A stretch of 64,000 nucleotides of DNA from a virus. Numbering within the stretch: position 1 is the stretch's first letter; each line of letters starts with the position of its first letter. Made by a program: the position numbers and the translations under genes. Positions 57,991 through 64,000 of the stretch are shown here, piece by piece. The stretch covers positions 83,694 through 147,693 of IMG/VR virus record IMGVR_UViG_3300026320_000001; one strand, written 5' to 3'. The notes beneath the pieces are model-generated. The model did not search any database. It was not told where the DNA came from and saw only the letters and a program-made list of their open reading frames with translations.

Positions 57991-58299
57991 TTATATCAAT
58001 TCGTAAGAGTTGCCAATAGAGTCAACGTAATAACCACCAAGCAAATTAGATGATTTTTTATAAATAAAGCCAGATGTTTTACCATAGGCGTTATATTTTC
58101 TTATAGCATTATTAAAATCCGAATAATCCTTTACATCGTTATTGTATTTTTGAATAGGAAAATAAGTATAGTAAAATTTTCCGTATGCATAAGATAGAAT
58201 TCTTACGTTCCACCAACCGCTTAAAGGTTGATTCAAGGATTGTATATCGTCTGAGGATGTATAATTTTTAAATTGGATTGTATCAGTTGAATTATTCAT
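57991..58299 (-). CDS. hypothetical protein
   Basis: AAGGATAAAA leader. Confidence 0.65.
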   Translation of the reverse strand: MNNSTDTIQFKNYTSSDDIQSLNQPLSGWWNVRILSYAYGKFYYTYFPIQKYNNDVKDYSDFNNAIRKYNAYGKTSGFIYKKSSNLLGGYYVDSIGNSYELI

Positions 58300-58317
58300 T
58301 TTTTTATTTTATCCTTT

Positions 58318-58599
58318 TTACCATTTTATAATTGATTCAAAATTTGAATTTTCACTAGATACCAAAAGATGAAAAATGATTCCTTCATCTGAAGATATAC
58401 GGTTATATACAGCCCATTGTATATCTGAGGGCTTTACATTATTCATTAAACCGTGAGAGCGTGGATTGTTACAAATATTTTTCCTTAATTCTTTTGCAAC
58501 CCTATACAATGATTCATCATCTTTTATATAGGTTGACACGAGAGTTATTATATAATGAATTGAATTTTTTAACTTGAGTGATATAAATACGGTTTTCAT
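58318..58599 (-). CDS. hypothetical protein
   Basis: AAGGATAAAA leader. Confidence 0.65.
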   Translation of the reverse strand: MKTVFISLKLKNSIHYIITLVSTYIKDDESLYRVAKELRKNICNNPRSHGLMNNVKPSDIQWAVYNRISSDEGIIFHLLVSSENSNFESIIKW

Positions 58600-58608
58600 T
58601 TTTTTATT

Positions 58609-59184
58609 TTATCCTTTATTATATAGATTTGTAAAAGGTTGCATAACCGAGTTACTAGAATAATCTTTAACATAATCCTTGCATAATTCCACCCATTCCT
58701 GAGGGGCGAAAAATGCTCTTTGCGTATAACTAAAATCTTTATTCTGATAATATGCCGCTGTTTGTGCTGGAATCTCTGCGAATAAAACTCGGAATAAATA
58801 ATCAGGATAATATTTTGCTTGTGTTAAAAATGCATTATATTCACCTTGAAAAGTAAAGGGACATCCACAAACTAAATGAGCATAGACATCATGTACCGCT
58901 CTGCCTATATTGTTATCATCATAATTCAAAAATGGATGACCAGTTGACCCGGTGTATATATAGATTTTCTTTTCTGCTATAACACGCTCTCGCATGATTT
59001 TAGCGGATTCGTATACGTCTGATTCAGTAAAGATAACTTCAAAAGGAATTTGGGCAAATAGATTTTTATTGACCTCAGTTATAACCTTAAAACAATCTGC
59101 TAGATAATTAGAATTTTCATGAGGCAATTTTCCCTCATGCAAATATTGATAACCGATTAGATTCATAACTTGATTCATTTCCAT
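58609..59184 (-). CDS. phage protein with RAVHDxxxH motif (possible metal-binding)
   Basis: HPFL...N..GRAVHDVYAH...F.F.GE. Confidence 0.7.
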   Translation of the reverse strand: MEMNQVMNLIGYQYLHEGKLPHENSNYLADCFKVITEVNKNLFAQIPFEVIFTESDVYESAKIMRERVIAEKKIYIYTGSTGHPFLNYDDNNIGRAVHDVYAHLVCGCPFTFQGEYNAFLTQAKYYPDYLFRVLFAEIPAQTAAYYQNKDFSYTQRAFFAPQEWVELCKDYVKDYSSNSVMQPFTNLYNKG

Positions 59185-59197
59185 TTTAATTCCTTTT

Positions 59198-59410
59198 TTA
59201 ATGATTCATATAAGCAGGCTTATTTTCCCCGCTCATAAGTTTGTTAAGGTTGCGGATAACTCCGGGAGACACTTCGCCATGATTAGGTACGCTTAAGGTT
59301 GGCTTGCCATTGCACTTAAAAATACGATGACTCGAACCATTTCCGGGTTGCTCTATGTATCCTTGAGATTCAATCTGTTTTATAAAATCTTTTGTTCTAA
59401 CCGGCTTCAT
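59198..59410 (-). CDS. hicA: HicA-family mRNA interferase (orphan)
   Basis: 70 aa; GY...GSSHRIFK...LSVPNH.EVSPGVIR. Confidence 0.85.
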   Translation of the reverse strand: MKPVRTKDFIKQIESQGYIEQPGNGSSHRIFKCNGKPTLSVPNHGEVSPGVIRNLNKLMSGENKPAYMNH

Positions 59411-59543
59411 TATGTTTTATCCTTATTTGAATATAGATTTTAGATTGTTTCCATTATACCACTTTTAAAATTTTGGCAAGGTTTTTAACCTTAAAAAATC
59501 GCCCATAGATTCTATGCGAATGCGTATAACCATTTCACCTAGT

Positions 59544-59576
59544 AAAAAAATAGCCTCCCGAACGGGGAGGCTATTT
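59544..59576 (-). terminator. intrinsic terminator
   Basis: AAATAGCCTCCC-GAACG-GGGAGGCTATTT with a U run on the minus strand. Confidence 0.85.
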
Positions 59577-59584
59577 CAAAAAAG

Positions 59585-59788
59585 TTATAAAATCTTTTTT
59601 GTTTTTTTATATTGTCTTTCATCCACTTCGATTCCATAATGGCCGATTAATGGACTATAACCAGAGCGACAACGAATCCCGGACTCTTTCAATAGTTGCA
59701 TGGCATAAGATTTGCTCATACCACCTTCCGATGATTTTAAGCAGTTAATCGTTATCCAATTTTTAACAATAACCTTTTTGTTTTTCAT
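59585..59788 (-). CDS. hypothetical protein
   Basis: 67-aa ORF in operon context. Confidence 0.6.
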   Translation of the reverse strand: MKNKKVIVKNWITINCLKSSEGGMSKSYAMQLLKESGIRCRSGYSPLIGHYGIEVDERQYKKTKKIL

Positions 59789-59792
59789 CGGA

Positions 59793-59918
59793 TTATTTTA
59801 CCGCTTGATAATTGTGCAATGCGTTAACGTATGCAATGCGATTCGATTCACTATGATTCTTACGATAGTTTTTTAGAGCATTGACCATTGCAGAATAATA
59901 GATTTGTTTTGTTGACAT
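59793..59918 (-). CDS. 41-aa hypothetical protein (not in the ORF track)
   Basis: AAGGT RBS; MSTKQIYYSAMVNALKNY...YVNALHNYQAVK*. Confidence 0.55.
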   Translation of the reverse strand: MSTKQIYYSAMVNALKNYRKNHSESNRIAYVNALHNYQAVK

Positions 59919-59963
59919 TTTTACCTTTTTATAAATGGCATGTAACGAACATGCAATCGGGAA

Positions 59964-60155
59964 TCAATCTTCGGTTATTTCATAACTAGATTTGAATTTC
60001 TCAGGATGTTTTGATTCCTTAAACATAAGCCTGAGTCCATCTTGCAAGCAGATTGTTTTTAGTTTTGGATTTGATTCTTTTGCTTGCTTGATTATTGTAT
60101 CTGTTTTTATATCAGTAAAAAACTTTTGCTTACAATCGGGGCAAATTCTTAACAC
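59964..60155 (-). CDS. small CxxC protein
   Basis: GGAGGT RBS, GTG start, CPDC. Confidence 0.65.
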   Translation of the reverse strand: MLRICPDCKQKFFTDIKTDTIIKQAKESNPKLKTICLQDGLRLMFKESKHPEKFKSSYEITED

Positions 60156-60214
60156 TGGTTTTATACCTCCATTCTTTCTATATAAGTCTTATTAGTGGCA
60201 ATAAATATTTTTTA

Positions 60215-60418
60215 TTATTCGTTATCCGCTGGTATCCATTTATTACCATTTTTTACTAACACTTGAAAAGAATGAAAATACCATCCTCGCCCGTTTTTAT
60301 CACCCGCCCACCCTCTATTTTTTTCTTCATCCCATTGTGAAACTATAAAAATTTCGCCTGAGTTATCAGAATAATCAGAAGTAAATTTTATTTTACTTCC
60401 ATTTTTAATTATAACCAT
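60215..60418 (-). CDS. small SH3-like hypothetical protein
   Basis: GGAG RBS before MVIIKNG; enclosed by stem 3. Confidence 0.65.
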   Translation of the reverse strand: MVIIKNGSKIKFTSDYSDNSGEIFIVSQWDEEKNRGWAGDKNGRGWYFHSFQVLVKNGNKWIPADNE

Positions 60419-60501
60419 TTTATTATCTCCAGTTATTGCCACTGGTAAAACTTATATAATTTTTTATTCATTCATTGTTAGAATAAACAAGCGATAGATT
60501 A

Positions 60502-60795
60502 TTATTTGCTTAAACGTTTTGCCATTGATTCTTTGATTGACTCGTAATTATCCCATGAATTAAACATAGAACATAGAGTCATTGCTTCAGATTCTTCGGG
60601 TTTGATTCCGAGTCTCTCTTCGTTATACCATTTAACCCATTCCTGAGATTGCAATCCGTAAGTAGTGGGGTAGTAACCAGTCTCACCAAATTTAACCACT
60701 CCAATTTCCGCAACAAATTCACCATCATTATTTTTTGTTTGAGTCGAAATGTTATACATCATACATCTTTCGGGATTCATTTTTAACTTTTCCAT
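60502..60795 (-). CDS. hypothetical phage protein
   Basis: VKFGETGYY...N..LGI...AM..CSMF.W; enclosed by stem 2. Confidence 0.75.
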   Translation of the reverse strand: MEKLKMNPERCMMYNISTQTKNNDGEFVAEIGVVKFGETGYYPTTYGLQSQEWVKWYNEERLGIKPEESEAMTLCSMFNSWDNYESIKESMAKRLSK

Positions 60796-60868
60796 TCTGC
60801 TTGTTTACTCTGGCAATGAATAAATAATATATTTTTACCGATTGTTAGAATAGACAAACTATATTTAT

Positions 60869-61177
60869 TTATTCTGCGATTAATTTTTGTAATGCTTTTA
60901 AAAATCTTTTAGATACTCCGGACTTATTTAATTTCATTTCGCCATGTATCAAGGCTGAATAACCACCAACACTGTTTGAGTCTGTCCCCCATACACTCCC
61001 GGCTGAAGTTGTCGGAAGTTGTCGGATTATGTCAACGTCATATTCTGCTTTGATATAAGCCTCTTTATTGTTTGCCTCAAAAGTTTTTGTTAGAGTGATG
61101 ATATTTTCGTGAATGTTGATTCTCACGTTCGCCATTTTGCAATACATAAAAAAGGCTTTTACATCTACAATTATCAT
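60869..61177 (-). CDS. hypothetical protein
   Basis: Start MIIVDVK preferred, because the upstream extension runs through the stem arm; enclosed by stem 1. Confidence 0.7.
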   Translation of the reverse strand: MIIVDVKAFFMYCKMANVRINIHENIITLTKTFEANNKEAYIKAEYDVDIIRQLPTTSAGSVWGTDSNSVGGYSALIHGEMKLNKSGVSKRFLKALQKLIAE

Positions 61178-61294
61178 TATAGACTCTCTTTTCTTTTGTC
61201 TATTCTGGCAATCGGTAAAAATATTATTGTAATCTTGCAAATTCGCCCGCCGGGTCTACCGGACAATTCGTAAGATATTGTTATGTATACAGTT

Positions 61295-61322
61295 ATTATA
61301 CAGATAACAAGCGAAGAGTCAA
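61295..61322 (-). promoter_or_regulatory. sigma70-type promoter for the stem-containing operon
   Basis: TTGACT-16-TATAAT. Confidence 0.6.
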
Positions 61323-61734
61323 GGTCTGAGAGATAGCAATTTTAAAACTATGACTATGCGCTTTTCTCAAAATAAAGGGGTATAGAGCGAAGCAACCTCG
61401 ATTCCATAGTCTGATACCTTTTTGATTTTTTAGAGGCATTATGCCACTTGAAAATTGAAGCAGTTTTTTAGTAGGAATCGGAAAATAAATCTTGACAAAA
61501 TAAAAACAACTATGATACAATTATATTCTTAAAATTTGAAAAATGATAGCTATACGCTTAATTGTATCAAATCGAAATTTTAATTGTGTGATTTTTTTAA
61601 ATCTTAAAAAATGTTTTTGCTATTGACAAATTTTATATTATGTGATGATGAATTTTTAAAATCACTTGACCTCTTAATTGTAATGTGATACAATTACGTC
61701 ACGTATAAAAGTTTTTTACAAGTGAGGTCATACA

Positions 61735-61998
61735 ATGAAATTGAATGGGCGTTTTTATATTGAAGATGAAAAAGACTCTTCAGGTTATTGGAATCTTGTT
61801 GACACAATAGATGGTACATTAATCGGATTCAAAAAGAAAAGCGACGCAAAAGAATCCTTAACGTTTGCTAGACAATATGTTAAACGTCATGGTGATATTG
61901 ATTTTTTATCATTCCCTTATTCAATAGATACTCCCCTCCATTATGAATCATATAATGGGCGGGAACGAATCCAAATAGAGGACAAAATAAAATCATGA
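61735..61998 (+). CDS. hypothetical protein
   Basis: GAGGT RBS; upstream TTGACC-17-TACAAT. Confidence 0.7.
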   Translation: MKLNGRFYIEDEKDSSGYWNLVDTIDGTLIGFKKKSDAKESLTFARQYVKRHGDIDFLSFPYSIDTPLHYESYNGRERIQIEDKIKS

Positions 61999-62513
61999 AT
62001 GAAACACAAAATAAAAATAATCTATTACAACTAAAAATAATTGAAGAGACTCATAGGTGGTATGAAGAGGCTTGCACAATATATAATCTTAATATGAATC
62101 TTGTATCTGATTTGAAAATTGATTTTAATCTAAAAAATTCTACCGCTGGCATTGCATATTCTATCCAAAACAAAATAGAGTATAATTTAATTCTTGCCTC
62201 TCAAAATGAAGACGCTTTTATTAAGCGAACGATTCCCCATGAGGTCATGCATTTAGTAGCAAATAAAATTTACAAAAGGAATGTCGGCCATAAAAAAGAA
62301 TGGGCGCAAGTTATGACAAGACTCGGGTTAACTCCCTCGCGTTGCCATACTTACGAATTAAAAAATTTAAGCAGAAAATTTTATAAATATAATTGTGGAT
62401 GTAATGCGCCTCATGAGGTTGGAATCAATCTTCACAAAAAAATGCAAGCGGGCGACATGAGAAAATGTTCTATCTGCAAGGAATATCTAAATTTTGATTC
62501 TGCTATAGATTAG
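61995..62513 (+). CDS. SprT-like zinc metalloprotease
   Basis: TAG.A, TIPHEVMHL (HExxH), GH..EW..VM, CHTY, C.C...H...C..C. Confidence 0.9.
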   Translation: MNETQNKNNLLQLKIIEETHRWYEEACTIYNLNMNLVSDLKIDFNLKNSTAGIAYSIQNKIEYNLILASQNEDAFIKRTIPHEVMHLVANKIYKRNVGHKKEWAQVMTRLGLTPSRCHTYELKNLSRKFYKYNCGCNAPHEVGINLHKKMQAGDMRKCSICKEYLNFDSAID

Positions 62514-62534
62514 GAAACTCCCATTAAGGAATAA

Positions 62535-62563
62535 TTGACATAATCCTTGACCCATGATATAAT
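62535..62563 (+). promoter_or_regulatory. sigma70/sigmaA promoter
   Basis: TTGACA-17-TATAAT with extended TG. Confidence 0.85.
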
Positions 62564-62591
62564 CACTCAAACATAATCCAAAAAGGAAAAA

Positions 62592-63116
62592 ATGACAAAT
62601 AAAACCCCACTTCCCCCAACCCATACAAGTTTTGATTCTGCTTATGTTATCGAATCCTATCCATACGGAAGACTCAGGACTCAAATGAAAGTATGGATAG
62701 AAACGAAAAAAAATAAAGGTCAACGAGTCGTTTCTTGCACGTTGAATCCAAAAAACGGGCAATGGAATAAACCTCACGCTGGAACATATGATGATATGAA
62801 GGTTTTATATATTGATAACTCAGATGGTCATATTCACAATGATGGTATTCACGAATATAACGCACTCGAAAAAGCAGAATCATTTTTAAATGAATATGAA
62901 GAGGTATTAACATTGGCACAACGAGACAAATTAACACGCTGGTATGCCTCAAATATTGTACAAGAGATTAAGGGAATTCGCTTAATGACAGATGGTAGAC
63001 AAAAATTTTATGAAGCTTTAATTTTGCAATTGAAAGAATTTAATAGAAGTGATTTAATTGACCCATATATGGAAATTATGGCAAGTGGTAAGGTCACAAT
63101 TATCAGTCACGAATAA
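62592..63116 (+). CDS. hypothetical phage protein
   Basis: HTS..SAY....YPYG.LRT...WIE...G.R....T.NPK...WNKP...TY. Confidence 0.75.
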   Translation: MTNKTPLPPTHTSFDSAYVIESYPYGRLRTQMKVWIETKKNKGQRVVSCTLNPKNGQWNKPHAGTYDDMKVLYIDNSDGHIHNDGIHEYNALEKAESFLNEYEEVLTLAQRDKLTRWYASNIVQEIKGIRLMTDGRQKFYEALILQLKEFNRSDLIDPYMEIMASGKVTIISHE

Positions 63117-63227
63117 ATGAATAAGGGGGGATTAATAAAAGCCTCTAATTTAATACTATTGGCGGCTTTTATTAATCTGAATATTAAATATTGGCGGTTT
63201 ATACTGCCCACAATTGGAGATAATAAA

Positions 63228-63434
63228 ATGTCTGACCTAAAATTTGTTACAATCCAAACAAAAAATCATGATGATAGAAATGTCACTCTCTCATATGGTG
63301 GCAATGGTGCATGGAATGAAGTTAAATTACTTGGCGAATTGGCACATGGTACGCAAATTGTGATTAACCAAAAATTAGTGGATGACCTACAAAAAATTGT
63401 TGACTTTTATAAGGAATCAGAAAATGAATTATAA
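63228..63434 (+). CDS. hypothetical protein
   Basis: GGAG RBS before MSDLK. Confidence 0.65.
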   Translation: MSDLKFVTIQTKNHDDRNVTLSYGGNGAWNEVKLLGELAHGTQIVINQKLVDDLQKIVDFYKESENEL

Positions 63435-63723
63435 TAATAACAAGTTTGCTTATGTGGTAAATTGGCAGGATGTAAACGGAAAATATTATAGTGATGAAAT
63501 TGTAAGAATCGGATTTTATGAATCAATGGGCGAACGTTCATGGGTGCATGAATGGAATAATATTGAAAATGGATTAGAGTATTTTTTGTATCATCTTCCA
63601 AAAATTAACACCATAGTTTATAAATTAAGAGAATATTCTCTAGCAGTATTGAGAAGTGATTATATTATAATTCCTGATAGTAAGTTAATTGAAAATGCAA
63701 TTGAAATTAAAAAAATACTATAA
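63424..63723 (+). CDS. hypothetical protein
   Basis: AAGGA RBS before MNYNN. Confidence 0.65.
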   Translation: MNYNNNKFAYVVNWQDVNGKYYSDEIVRIGFYESMGERSWVHEWNNIENGLEYFLYHLPKINTIVYKLREYSLAVLRSDYIIIPDSKLIENAIEIKKIL

Positions 63724-63761
63724 TAAAATCATCATTTCATTAAGCATTGGAGGCTTATACT

Positions 63762-64000
63762 ATGATAATAGTCAAGGTGGATGGTCAAGCACGTGCAAAA
63801 CGTTTAAAAAATAATGACCCTGTTTTATTTGGCAATAAATGGTATAATACAGAAGGGTTGGCGAAAGATATTAAGGCAGATGAATCCTTTTGTTATAATG
63901 GATACTGGTATACGGCTGAAAAAATTATGTCATTACAAGATGAATTTATTAATACTAGTATTGAAGTAGAATATATCACATATATTTATCAAGGTAAAGG
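63762..64000 (+). CDS. hypothetical protein, runs off the window end
   Basis: GGAGG RBS; open frame MIIVKVDGQ... to the end. Confidence 0.65.
   Translation, partial: MIIVKVDGQARAKRLKNNDPVLFGNKWYNTEGLAKDIKADESFCYNGYWYTAEKIMSLQDEFINTSIEVEYITYIYQGK

Larger units (their letters stand above)
60179..61224 (-). repeat. three gene-enclosing inverted-repeat pairs with a conserved CC/AA mismatch
   Basis: Arm pairs 61195-61224/60829-60858, 60799-60827/60464-60492, 60433-60458/60179-60204. Confidence 0.9.

Noticed and set aside
60179-61224. Stems as integron attC sites or IS terminal repeats
   Set aside because: The arms enclose whole genes rather than forming a hairpin between genes; GTTAGAA does not fit GTTRRRY with a matching inverse core; there is no transposase or target duplication; wobble pairs favour the mRNA strand.
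61296-61520. 74-aa minus-strand ORF
   Set aside because: It lies across divergent promoters and has no RBS; probably non-coding.
63117-63227. N-terminal extension of ORF 63117..63434
   Set aside because: It runs through a hairpin, and a better RBS precedes the ATG at 63228.
1-64000. CRISPR array, DGR/retron, rRNA or recoded stop codons
   Set aside because: I saw no regular repeat-spacer array, reverse transcriptase or rRNA; genes are intact in the standard code once the two introns are removed.

Overview
This is a 64-kb segment of a large, very AT-rich tailed phage with siphovirus-type, SPbeta-like gene content, read in the standard genetic code with sigma70/sigmaA-type promoters. Left to right: (i) the end of a + strand nucleotide-metabolism operon (MT-A70 methyltransferase, 5'-nucleotidase, dATP/dGTP diphosphohydrolase, class II ribonucleotide reductase); (ii) a ~37-kb - strand virion region (terminase, portal, endolysin, protease/scaffold, capsid, neck, tail, tape measure, Dit/Tal, fibres) that also carries a tyrosine recombinase and a RusA-like resolvase; (iii) six tRNA genes, an exonuclease, an HU-like protein, a DNA methyltransferase and a YonO-like RNA polymerase; (iv) an SF2 helicase-like gene facing a ~1-kb low-complexity non-coding region; (v) small putative early genes, including an orphan HicA and a SprT-like protease. 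Six homing-endonuclease-like genes are scattered through the window. The ORF track misses two group I introns: one splits the RNA polymerase inside its catalytic DxDxD motif, and one ORF-less intron splits a probable virion gene. The best candidates for new biology are: (a) three consecutive early genes, each looped out by its own 26-30-bp RNA stem carrying the same tandem CC/AA mismatch (60179-61224); (b) a shared three-way-junction/pseudoknot leader RNA in front of three free-standing endonuclease genes; (c) apparent window-wide avoidance of GATC, GCWGC and CCWGG. All family calls come from motif recognition by eye; no database search or folding program was run.
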